Made by a program: the position numbers and the translations under genes. The notes beneath the pieces were generated by a model. That model was not told the origin of the DNA, made no database searches, and was given only the letters and a program-made list of their open reading frames with translations. Of a stretch of DNA of 20,408 bases, positions 7,887-15,898 are shown one piece after another; positions within the stretch are counted from its first letter, which is position 1; the number at the start of each line of letters is the position of its first letter. Origin of the DNA: a virus (lineage: Duplodnaviria > Heunggongvirae > Uroviricota > Caudoviricetes); the IMG/VR virus record IMGVR_UViG_3300029181_000143; one strand, written 5' to 3'.

Positions 7887-8170
7887 GCGAGATTAATTAT
7901 CAGGAAGGGCATGAAACGGCGGGGCAAGCAAAACCAGTGACATGGCGATATCGCTACGTGAAAAAAGGCGTTACGGACTTTCAGGGGAAGTAGTGGTCTG
8001 GTGACTGGAAATATGTACCGAAAAAAGAGGATTGTAACGACAGGCCGAACTATCAAATTCAGGCCTTATTCACTGCCTCACCAGTCCCGGTTACATCAGA
8101 AGAATTGGTTAAAGCTGTGCACTTTTATGAACAACTAAAACGCGAAAATCCACCAACATCCGGCAACTAG
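7883..8170 (+). pseudogene. Small ORF with an in-frame amber codon at 7991..7993 (36 aa before the stop, 95 codons if read through)
   Basis: Hand translation MSEINYQEGHETAGQAKPVTWRYRYVKKGVTDFQGK*WSGDWKYVPKKEDCNDRPNYQIQALFTASPVPVTSEELVKAVHFYEQLKRENPPTSGN. It is ATGA-coupled to the upstream ORF. Confidence 0.35.
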
Positions 8171-8424
8171 ATTAATGGGTTAACTATGTCGGTTAAACGA
8201 CCAGCCAACTGAAAAAGCGGAAACCTGATTACAGGTTGCCAGATAAGGCAATGAGCTACCTGGCGCGGAACGGACTGATAAGTATGGGGAATGTTTTACG
8301 ATGAACCTTTAGACTAAAGAGTTTGTAACGCTATGTAAGTGATTTTTTCTGGTTTAGATATTTATATGTCCGGCCAAATTGAGGTGTGTTTAAATGTAAT
8401 TGCACATTGATTGTAGGAGGAATA

Positions 8425-8604
8425 ATGAAAAACGCATTGCAGTTTTTGTTTGTTGCGTTCTGGTTGTTCGCATCATGTATGCCCATCATCTTCACAGCAA
8501 GGTATATGGAAAAAGTTGATGTTTTGATATTAATATTTGGATATATAAATGCCCTTTTTTTAGGGGTGTTCATGGCGGTCATATGCATTGAATACTGGCG
8601 GTAA
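8425..8604 (+). CDS. Orphan small membrane protein (59 aa, two predicted transmembrane helices)
   Basis: Translation MKNALQFLFVAFWLFASCMPIIFTARYMEKVDVLILIFGYINALFLGVFMAVICIEYWR. AGGAGG Shine-Dalgarno 6 nt upstream of the ATG. The gene and its upstream region are markedly AT-rich compared with neighbours. Confidence 0.45.
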   Translation: MKNALQFLFVAFWLFASCMPIIFTARYMEKVDVLILIFGYINALFLGVFMAVICIEYWR

Positions 8605-8752
8605 ATACAGCGAACTCCATTGGTTTAGTTGGATATTTACTGTGCTGGACAAAAACGGTTTGCGGGGAAATCTTAGTTAAGTAGAATGACTGCGGGTGCT
8701 TGAGGCTATCTGCCTCGGGCACGAACACCAACGGCAGGTAGAGAAAAGCCCC

Positions 8753-10628
8753 AGTTAACATTACGCGTCCTGCAAGACGCTTAACATTAATCTGAGGCCG
8801 ATTTCATGCCAGACACATGTAGGTTAGCCTCTTACGTGCCGAAAGGCAAGGAGAAGCAGGCTATTGTTAACACCAAGCTGTAATGTCCCCTTTGAACCAT
8901 TCTAAAATGTCCCCAGACAATTCTCTGGGGGATTTTTCATGACCAAAGAAACTGTTACGATGAGTCATAAGGAACTCCACCGACTTCAGATTATTCAGGA
9001 GTCAATTAATCGACATATTACTCAGGAACAAGCTGCGGCACGCATTGGCATTTCTATTCGGCAGGTTAAACGTCTGGTGCAACGGTATAGAAATGAAGGG
9101 CCTTCTGGTCTGGTTTCCCACCGACGTGGAAAGCGTCCTAATAATTCCTTTTCTACTGAATTCAGAGCAACAGTAATTTCACTCCTCAAAGGCCGTTACG
9201 CTGATTTTGGACCTACGTTTGCGTGCGAAAAATTGCGCGAGATACACGGTTTATCTTTATCCGTTGAAACTCTCAGAAAGTGGATGATAGAAGAGGGGGG
9301 TATGGCGTGAACGCCGTCGTAAAATTGCCCGTATATATCAACGCCGCATGCGACGACCATCTTACGGTGAACTGATCCAGATTGATGGCTCACCTCATGA
9401 CTGGTTTGAAAATCGAGGCCCAGATGTACACTGATCGTTTTCATTGATGATGCCACCAGTGCGTTGATGGCGTTGCGTTTTGTGCCTGCTGAAACAACCC
9501 GGGCTTACATGGAAACCCTCCGGGGTTACCTTAATGATCATGGCGTACCGCTCGCTCTCTACTCTGATAGACACAGTATATTCAGGGTAAATAACCCAGA
9601 GCGGGAAGGTGAGCTGACCCAGTTCACTCGTGCGATAAAGACACTGGGCATCGAGCCAATCCATGCCAACAGCCCGCAGGCAAAAGGGCGGGTAGAGCGC
9701 GCCAATCAGACACTACAGGACAGGCTGGTCAAAGAAATGCGGCTTCAGAATATCAGTGATATTGAAACAGCAAATGCATGGTTGCCGACCTTTATTGAAG
9801 CCTATAACAACCGGTTCGCTACGTCGCCTCGTACTACTGATAATGCTCATCTTGATGTGCACCATTCTGAAGAGGAACTGGGTTATATCTTCAGCCTACA
9901 GGCGAAGCGCGTTCTGTCTAAAAATCTCACTTTCCAGTACAAAAGCAGTGCGTTTCAGGTACGCAGTGAGGGCCGGGGATATCGACTTAGGCATTCGGTT
10001 GTTACTGTATGCGAGAACTTTGACGGTGAAATTAACGTTCTGTATGACGGGAAAGCGCTGGGCTGGGAAAAGTATGTTGATGGCCCGGAGCCTATACCAC
10101 TGGATGATGAAAAGAGTGTCCATGAACGAGTGGATAATGCCCGTATTGATTTACGCTCAAAATACTATGTTAAACCTAAAGCTGACCATCCCTGGCTTAC
10201 GCGCCGAACGCAAAGTCATCAGCAAGTTAAGCCCCCGAAGTTACCTAAAAAGAAGCCTGATCCCGATAAAAAAGATTGAAACCAAGATCGATTCGGTTGA
10301 GTGCATATCCATTCATAGGGTAGATTCTTAAGTCGCGTTTCTGGTGTTCATTTTCGGGTGGTTTGTTACTTGTTTTACCGGGGATATGCCAGAAACGCGC
10401 TGAGTCAGTCTGGGCGGTGCGCGTAATGAGGCGTTATGGTAAATAGCCTATGCTAATGTCCGCTAAGAGCAAGAAGCGGAAGTTGGCAGTTTTGTGGACT
10501 GTCCCCACAAAAGTGACTACAGAAATAGTTGCAATTCATAATTGATCATGGGTTGTCAGTTAAACTCGTGGCGATTTAAATAGACTAATTGGGAGTGCGT
10601 CCATTACTTATATCTTGTAATGTTAACT
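8753..10628 (+). mobile_element. Insertion sequence carrying a DDE (rve-type) transposase; the ends are tentative
   Basis: The transposase gene occupies 8939..10279. The ends are placed at a 12-bp inverted match (agttaacattac at 8753..8764 and gtaatgttaact at 10617..10628). No target-site duplication was recognised. Confidence 0.45.
8939..10279 (+). pseudogene. IS transposase (N-terminal HTH plus DDE integrase core; ISNCY/IS481-like by eye) broken into three segments by two frameshifts
   Basis: N-terminal ORF 8939..9310 and C-terminal ORF 9464..10279 are in the same frame. The intervening 9300..9425 encodes conserved-looking sequence (SYGELIQIDGSPHDWFENRGP) in another frame. The shifts sit at a G6 run (9293..9300) and at GGCCCA (about 9417). 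DDE residues occur in QIDGS, FIDDATS and KGRVERAN. Confidence 0.7.
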
Positions 10629-10669
10629 ATCAGAAATGATACAAAGATAATATGTCTTTAAAGAAAAGG

Positions 10670-10701
10670 CTGATGGCGAAAAGTGGCCCGATGAGGGCCA
10701 C
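10670..10701 (-). terminator. Rho-independent terminator downstream of flxA
   Basis: Stem gtggccc/gggccac with loop gatga, followed on the minus strand by CUUUUCGCC. Confidence 0.5.
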
Positions 10702-10715
10702 AATACGGCTGTCAC

Positions 10716-11048
10716 TTAGACGTAAATATCAATGGTGCCAGCGGTATTTGTATCGTCTTTTTTCTCTTCTTTTTTATCAGGCTGAACTGTCGCGTCTTTA
10801 TTCTTTTTCTCTGCCTGCTGCCTTAACAACTGCTCCAGTTGAGCCCTGAGGCTTTCAATTTGCTTCTGTACCAATGCAGCCATTTCTTTTTTCTGCTGTG
10901 TCGTCATCCCCTCTTCCGATGAGATTTTCCCAAGCTTTTCAGTCAGCACCTGAATTTGTCTTGTGATTTTGGCTATTTCTGATGTTCCTTCCGGGGCGGA
11001 GTTGTTTGAAATAACGGTTGAGGTATTTCCCTGAATTGTGACAGACAT
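10716..11048 (-). CDS. flxA: FlxA (FliA-regulated prophage protein), 110 aa
   Basis: Translation MSVTIQGNTSTVISNNSAPEGTSEIAKITRQIQVLTEKLGKISSEEGMTTQQKKEMAALVQKQIESLRAQLEQ... matches recalled FlxA. AAGGAG Shine-Dalgarno upstream. Confidence 0.9.
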   Translation of the reverse strand: MSVTIQGNTSTVISNNSAPEGTSEIAKITRQIQVLTEKLGKISSEEGMTTQQKKEMAALVQKQIESLRAQLEQLLRQQAEKKNKDATVQPDKKEEKKDDTNTAGTIDIYV

Positions 11049-11071
11049 AGATTTCTCCTTTTAAAAAAGCA

Positions 11072-11098
11072 CTATCGGCATGCACAAAAAAATCTTTA
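11072..11098 (-). promoter_or_regulatory. Sigma-28 (FliA) promoter of flxA
   Basis: The minus strand reads TAAAGATT-N11-GCCGATAG, against the consensus TAAAGTTT-N11-GCCGATAA, about 25 nt upstream of the flxA ATG. Confidence 0.7.
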
Positions 11099-11250
11099 AT
11101 CGTATTTCTTGTGTCATTAATTGTTTGATGTTCAGATTGTTTTCCTCGCGGGCTGGCGCGCCTCAGAAAGTAAAGCTTGTTGACAGGGGTAAACGTTCGG
11201 CAATAATTTTCTGCCGCATGCGGGTGTTGCATAAAACGTGCTACGTTCCT

Positions 11251-11556
11251 TTATCGACAGGTCAGGTCACCGCTCACCCGCCGACGAGAAAGCAACACTG
11301 ACATGCTAAAGCAAAAAATAGATGAATAAGTTGAGTTGTGCATATGTAGCCTGACCGTCACAAAGTATATGGTGTCTGTACCAGTAAGATGATGGCCGGA
11401 CTCTTTAAAAACGAGCTGACCTGCACAATACAGGATGGACTTAGCAATGGCTGCTCCTGGCACAAAGCGGACAGTGATCACCGTTCTTACGACTACTTTC
11501 TGACTTCCTTCGTGACTTGCCCTAAGCATGTTGTAGTGCGATACTTGTAATGACAT
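11251..11556 (-). CDS. ydfV: YdfV-like hypothetical ORF (101 aa); coding status doubtful
   Basis: ORF between flxA and relB, as in K-12 Qin gene order. It has no recognisable motifs and an atypical composition. Confidence 0.3.
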   Translation of the reverse strand: MSLQVSHYNMLRASHEGSQKVVVRTVITVRFVPGAAIAKSILYCAGQLVFKESGHHLTGTDTIYFVTVRLHMHNSTYSSIFCFSMSVLLSRRRVSGDLTCR

Positions 11557-11569
11557 TTGTAATTACAAG
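11544..11569. promoter_or_regulatory. relBE operator/promoter (relO-like inverted and direct TTGTAAT repeats)
   Basis: CTTGTAATgacatttgtaATTACAAG palindrome immediately upstream of the relB Shine-Dalgarno and ATG. Confidence 0.6.
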
Positions 11570-11580
11570 AGGTGTAAGAC

Positions 11581-11820
11581 ATGGGTAGCATTAACCTGCG
11601 TATTGACGATGAACTTAAAGCGCGTTCTTACGCCGCGCTTGAAAAAATGGGTGTAACTCCTTCTGAAGCGCTTCGTCTCATGCTCGAGTATATCGCTGAC
11701 AATGAACGCTTGCCGTTCAAACAGACACTCCTGAGTGATGAAGATGCTGAACTTGTGGAGATAGTGAAAGAACGGCTTCGTAATCCTAAGCCAGTACGTG
11801 TGACGCTGGATGAACTCTGA
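11581..11820 (+). CDS. relB: RelB antitoxin (79 aa)
   Basis: Translation MGSINLRIDDELKARSYAALEKMGVTPSEALRLMLEYIADNERLPFKQTLLSDEDAELVEIVKERLRNPKPVRVTLDEL. Confidence 0.9.
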   Translation: MGSINLRIDDELKARSYAALEKMGVTPSEALRLMLEYIADNERLPFKQTLLSDEDAELVEIVKERLRNPKPVRVTLDEL

Positions 11821-12107
11821 TGGCGTATTTTCTGGATTTTGACGAGCGGGCACTAAAGGAATGGCGAAAGCTGGGCTCGACGGTACGTGAACAGTTGAAA
11901 AAGAAGCTGGTTGAAGTACTTGAGTCACCCCGGATTGAAGCAAACAAGCTCCGTGGTATGCCTGATTGTTACAAGATTAAGCTCCGGTCTTCAGGCTATC
12001 GCCTTGTATACCAGGTTATAGACGAGAAAGTTGTCGTTTTCGTGATTTCTGTTGGGAAAAGAGAACGCTCGGAAGTATATAGCGAGGCGGTCAAACGCAT
12101 TCTCTGA
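11820..12107 (+). CDS. relE: RelE mRNA-interferase toxin (95 aa)
   Basis: Translation MAYFLDFDERALKEWRKLGSTVREQLKKKLVEVLESPRIEANKLRGMPDCYKIKLRSSGYRLVYQVIDEKVVVFVISVGKRERSEVYSEAVKRIL. Its start is adjacent to the relB stop. Confidence 0.9.
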   Translation: MAYFLDFDERALKEWRKLGSTVREQLKKKLVEVLESPRIEANKLRGMPDCYKIKLRSSGYRLVYQVIDEKVVVFVISVGKRERSEVYSEAVKRIL

Positions 12108-12178
12108 ACCAAAGCATGACATCTCTGTTTCGCACCGAAGGTGACACTTCTGCTTTGCGTTGACAGGAGAAGCAGGCT

Positions 12179-12334
12179 ATGAAGCAGCAAAAGGCGATGT
12201 TAATCGCCCTGATCGTCATCTGTTTAACCGTCATAGTGACGGCACTGGTAACGAGGAAAGACCTCTGCGAGGTACGAATCCGAACCGGCCAGACGGAGGT
12301 CGCTGTCTTCACAGCTTACGAACCTGAGGAGTAA
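12179..12334 (+). CDS. hokD: Hok-family membrane toxin HokD/RelF (51 aa)
   Basis: Hand translation MKQQKAMLIALIVICLTVIVTALVTRKDLCEVRIRTGQTEVAVFTAYEPEE, absent from the ORF track because it is under 60 aa. It is the third gene after relBE. Confidence 0.85.
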   Translation: MKQQKAMLIALIVICLTVIVTALVTRKDLCEVRIRTGQTEVAVFTAYEPEE

Positions 12335-12402
12335 GAGACCCGGCGGGGGAGAAATCCCTCGCCACCTCTGATGTGGCAGGCATCCTCAACGCACCCGCAC
12401 TT

Positions 12403-12432
12403 AACCCGCTTCGGCGGGTTTTTGTTTTTATT
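12403..12432 (+). terminator. Rho-independent terminator after hokD
   Basis: aaCCCGCttcgGCGGGtttttgtttttatttt: GC stem with a UUCG loop and a T-run. Confidence 0.6.
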
Positions 12433-12550
12433 TTCAACGCGTTTGAAGTTCTGGACGGTGCCGGAATAGAATCAAAAATACTTAAGTAGCGCGCAGGGAT
12501 AAGAGGGATGGTCCCTTAAAGGGGAGAGCTAATTATCCGGAAGGATTCTG

Positions 12551-12802
12551 ATGATGAACATCGAAGAACTGCGTAAAATTTTTTGTGAAGATGGCCTCTA
12601 TGCTGTGTGCGTTGAAAATGGAAATCTTGTTAGTCATTACCGCATTATGTGTTTGCGAAAGAATGGGGCTGCGTTAATTAATTTTGTGGATGCTCGGGTC
12701 ACGGACGGATTTATCTTGCGCGAAGGTGAGTTTGTCACTTCATTACAGGCATTGAAAGAGATCGGAATAAAAGCTGGCTTTTCTGCTTTTTCAGGAGAAT
12801 AA
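12551..12802 (+). CDS. rem: Rem-like prophage protein (83 aa)
   Basis: An 83-aa ORF in the position of rem (between hokD and ydfU) in Qin gene order. Confidence 0.65.
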   Translation: MMNIEELRKIFCEDGLYAVCVENGNLVSHYRIMCLRKNGAALINFVDARVTDGFILREGEFVTSLQALKEIGIKAGFSAFSGE

Positions 12803-12868
12803 ACTCATCTACAATCTTGCGCGGGGCTGAACTCCCGCTGAGTAACACCGTGCCACCGGAGAAAACCG

Positions 12869-13147
12869 ATGGCACGCAACGCAAAATATTACAATTCTGA
12901 TAATTCGCCCGTTCTTGCCTGCACGCACGGGCGGTATTCTCACGCATTCAAGTCTGAATGGTTCCAGCACCCTCCATGCACTGCAGAACAGGCCGAATGG
13001 CTGATTCATTCTTACCGCAGGCGCGGGTTCGAGGTTAAGAAAGCTCTCAGTCTCGACTATCGGCACTGGATAATCTCTGTCAGGCTGCCTTATTCCGAAC
13101 GCCCACCACGTGCGTCCCGCACTTTCCAGCAACGGATCTGGAGGTAA
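12869..13147 (+). CDS. Basic 92-aa hypothetical protein translationally coupled to ydfU
   Basis: GGAG Shine-Dalgarno 8 nt upstream of its ATG. Its TAA (13145..13147) sits inside the GGAGG Shine-Dalgarno of the downstream GTG start. Confidence 0.45.
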   Translation: MARNAKYYNSDNSPVLACTHGRYSHAFKSEWFQHPPCTAEQAEWLIHSYRRRGFEVKKALSLDYRHWIISVRLPYSERPPRASRTFQQRIWR

Positions 13148-13148
13148 C

Positions 13149-14198
13149 GTGCGGGTATTACTTAGACCTGTTCTGGTGCCTGAGCTTGGGCTGGTGGTCC
13201 TTAAGCCGGGCCGTGAATCCATACAGATATTTCATAATCCTCGAGTGCTGGTGGAACCGGAACCAAAAAGCATGCGTAATCTGCCATCCGGAGTCGTTCC
13301 TGCCGTTCGCCAGCCGCTGGCGGAAGACAAAACATTGCTGCCGTTTTTTAGTAACGAACGGGTGATTCGTGCTGCTGGCGGCGTTGGCGCATTGTCCGAC
13401 TGGCTATTACGTCATGTTACATCCTGCCAGTGGCCTAATGGCGATTACCATCACACTGAAACAGTCATTCACCGTTATGGTACCGGCGCAATGGTGTTGT
13501 GCTGGCACTGCGACAACCAACTGCGTGACCAGACATCGGAATCACTGGAGCTGCTTGCTCAACAAAATCTGACAGCATGGGTGATTGACGTCATCCGTCA
13601 CGCAATAAGCGGTACGCAGGAGCGGGAATTATCTTTGGCTGAATTATCCTGGTGGGCGGTCTGCAATCAGGTGGTGGATGCACTACCTGAGGCTGTATCG
13701 CGTCGTTCGCTGGGATTACCAGCGGAAAAAATCTGCTCGGTGTACCGCGAAAGCGACATCGTACCGGGAGAGCAGACCGCCACCAGCATATTGAAACAAC
13801 GCACAAAAAATCTTGCACCGTTGCCTTACGCCCACCAGCAACAAAAATCACCACAGGAAAAGACGGTGGTAAGCATCACCGTTGATCCAGAGTCTCCGGA
13901 ATCTTTCATGAAGCTGCCTAAACGTCGCCGCTGGGTTAAGGAGAAATACACACGTTGGGTTAAGACACAGCCGTGTGCTTGCTGCGGTATGCCAGCCGAC
14001 GATCCGCATCATCTGATTGGTCACGGGCAGGGCGGAATGGGAACAAAAGCACATGATCTCTTTGTGTTGCCTTTGTGCAGAAAGCATCACAACGAGCTGC
14101 ATACGGATACAGTGGCATTTGAAGATAAGTATGGCTCCCAACTGGAGCTGATATTTCGTTTTATCGATCGCGCGCTGGCAATTGGCGTACTGGCGTAA
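13149..14198 (+). CDS. ydfU: YdfU (DUF968) protein with a C-terminal HNH-like motif, 349 aa from a GTG start
   Basis: C-terminus CACCGMPADDPHHLIGHG...LCRKHHNELH resembles an HNH / His-Me finger. GGAGG Shine-Dalgarno 5 nt upstream of GTG 13149. The ORF track extends to 13110, but the 349-aa length matches recalled YdfU. Confidence 0.75.
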   Translation: MRVLLRPVLVPELGLVVLKPGRESIQIFHNPRVLVEPEPKSMRNLPSGVVPAVRQPLAEDKTLLPFFSNERVIRAAGGVGALSDWLLRHVTSCQWPNGDYHHTETVIHRYGTGAMVLCWHCDNQLRDQTSESLELLAQQNLTAWVIDVIRHAISGTQERELSLAELSWWAVCNQVVDALPEAVSRRSLGLPAEKICSVYRESDIVPGEQTATSILKQRTKNLAPLPYAHQQQKSPQEKTVVSITVDPESPESFMKLPKRRRWVKEKYTRWVKTQPCACCGMPADDPHHLIGHGQGGMGTKAHDLFVLPLCRKHHNELHTDTVAFEDKYGSQLELIFRFIDRALAIGVLA

Positions 14199-14211
14199 GT
14201 GGAGAACGAGC

Positions 14212-14964
14212 ATGAACCTTGAAGCCTTACCAAAATATTACTCCCCAAAATCTCCAAAATTGAGCGATGACGCTCCAGCGACAGGCACCGGTTGTTTAAC
14301 AATTACGGATGTAATGGCAGCGCAGGGGATGGTGCAGTCGAAAGCACCACTTGGGTTGGCCTTATTTCTGGCAAAAGTTGGTGTTCAGGACCCTCAGTTT
14401 GCGATTGAAGGCCTGCTAAATTACGCGATGGCACTGGATAACCCGACATTGAACAAATTGAGTGAAGAAATCCGGTTACAGATTATTCCTTACCTCGTGA
14501 GTTTTGCCTTTGCTGATTACTCCAGGTCTGCGGCAAGTAAGGCTCGCTGTGAGCATTGTTCAGGTACGGGATTTTATAATGTATTGCGCGAAGTGGTGAA
14601 ACACTACAGACGCGGGGAATCTGTAATCAAGGAAGAATGGGTGAAGGAACTATGTCAGCATTGCCATGGTAAGGGCGAAGCCAGCACAGCGTGCAGAGGG
14701 TGTAAGGGTAAAGGGATTGTTCTGGATGAAAAAAGAACCCGGTTTCATGGCGTACCGGTATATAAGATTTGTGGGCGTTGTAATGGAAACCGGTTTAGTC
14801 GTTTACCGACCACGCTGGCACGACGTCATGTCCAGAAGCTGGTACCAGACCTGACCGATTATCAGTGGTATAAGGGGTATGCGGACGTCATTGGTAAACT
14901 GGTAACAAAGTGCTGGCAGGAAGAAGCATACGCGGAAGCGCAATTGAGGAAGGTGACGAGATAA
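14212..14964 (+). CDS. quuQ: Q-family late-gene antiterminator (250 aa)
   Basis: Translation from MNLEALPKYYSPKSP... contains a Cys-rich zinc-binding region (CEHCSGTG...CQHCHGKG...CRGCKGKG...CGRCNG). It lies upstream of a late-promoter-like element. Confidence 0.85.
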   Translation: MNLEALPKYYSPKSPKLSDDAPATGTGCLTITDVMAAQGMVQSKAPLGLALFLAKVGVQDPQFAIEGLLNYAMALDNPTLNKLSEEIRLQIIPYLVSFAFADYSRSAASKARCEHCSGTGFYNVLREVVKHYRRGESVIKEEWVKELCQHCHGKGEASTACRGCKGKGIVLDEKRTRFHGVPVYKICGRCNGNRFSRLPTTLARRHVQKLVPDLTDYQWYKGYADVIGKLVTKCWQEEAYAEAQLRKVTR

Positions 14965-14995
14965 ATGATTTTTGCTGAAGATGGCGACATGATGT

Positions 14996-15024
14996 TTGCA
15001 TTTTTCAAAAAATATGGATAAAAT
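14996..15024 (+). promoter_or_regulatory. Sigma-70 promoter-like element (-35 TTGCAT, 17-bp spacer, -10 TAAAAT); candidate pR'-type late promoter
   Basis: Near-consensus hexamers about 35 bp downstream of the quuQ stop, followed about 45 nt later by an intrinsic terminator. Confidence 0.5.
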
Positions 15025-15069
15025 TTTTTCAACGATGGGCTTTGTATACCCGACGTTAAGAAAAAGTAG

Positions 15070-15098
15070 AAAACCCGCTGATGAGCGGGTTTTGTGCT
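15070..15098 (+). terminator. Rho-independent terminator (candidate tR'-like)
   Basis: aaACCCGCTgatgAGCGGGTtttgtgcttt hairpin with a T-run. Confidence 0.6.
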
Positions 15099-15385
15099 TT
15101 AAATGGGGCAATGGTAATGTTGAATCTCATCCCGGGACTCATGTCTGTTAACTTATTATTTAGCTGGTGACTTGGTTATTTGCCTGATGTTTAAAATGTT
15201 TTCTTCCAGTACAATGTCCCTAAACACAATGAGTCTGCTTATTATATTATTAGCAGAGCTATTACGGCCAAAGTACAGCATAAGCTTTTAAAGCCAATCA
15301 ACCAGTCATCAAGACAGACGGGGTTATTCATAAAAACTCTCCATGTGTGATCCGATGGGGCCTGAAATTAAAGCTTTAATATAGC

Positions 15386-15598
15386 TCATGAAAGGTAAAC
15401 ATTGGCAGCTGAAGGGCCACGCAGACCATTTATCCGGCAAAATTCCACGCGTAATCCGGTGGTAATTTCTTCTGCATCGCGGAGATTGAGCGCTGAGACA
15501 TGAAGCTGGACATCGATACGACCATCGGATGGGGTGATAAGACCCTTGCCGCTTTTGCCGTCAAAGGTTTTGACAATTCCTGTCATTTTACGGGACAA
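15386..15598 (-). CDS. cspF: Cold-shock protein family CspF (70 aa)
   Basis: Translation [38 protein letters not shown]... has the cold-shock-domain fold signature with degenerate RNP motifs, typical of CspF. Confidence 0.85.
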
Positions 15599-15898
15599 AA
15601 AAATTCCTTAATACTGATAACTTGGCGCACTATACACACGTTCCTGAAGAAAGCTATAGTTTTTTGATGGGGTTGAAGATGGCTGGATGTCTAAAATAAA
15701 CATTGCTTCATATGTTCAACTATGCGTTAATGATTGCGTCGGTTTGAAGAACAGACGATATACGAAGTAGTTTACTAAAGCAGTTCTCATTTCAGGTGTT
15801 ATTCACTTATTCCTTCTTTGAGTCTCTCCAATTAAGTACGAAGTCGTTTCTGTTATGCAAACCATTTATGCCGAAAGGCTCAAGTTAAGGAATGTAGA

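Noticed and set aside
8939-10279. Programmed translational frameshifting in the IS transposase.
   Set aside because: The protein needs +1 and then -1 shifts about 120 nt apart and there is no slippery heptamer or overlapping orfA/orfB layout. Mutation or sequencing error is more plausible.
9756-10331. A 191-aa ORF in another frame inside the transposase C-terminal region, and minus-strand ORFs at 9196..9664 and 9896..10123.
   Set aside because: The in-frame transposase sequence carries the DDE motifs. These are shadow ORFs.
10652-11301. ORFs 10652..10849 (plus), 10939..11232 (minus) and 11080..11301 (plus).
   Set aside because: They overlap flxA or its sigma-28 promoter and have no ribosome-binding sites. 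flxA is firmly identified.
11563-12312. Minus-strand ORFs antisense to relB/relE/hokD (11563..11943, 11996..12190, 12091..12312).
   Set aside because: They are antisense to three genes identified by their translations.
12809-14302. Minus-strand ORFs 12809..13222, 13591..13854, 13848..14213 and 14087..14302, and plus-strand 13369..13572.
   Set aside because: They overlap the coupled 92-aa/ydfU/quuQ coding frames, with Arg/Cys-rich shadow translations.
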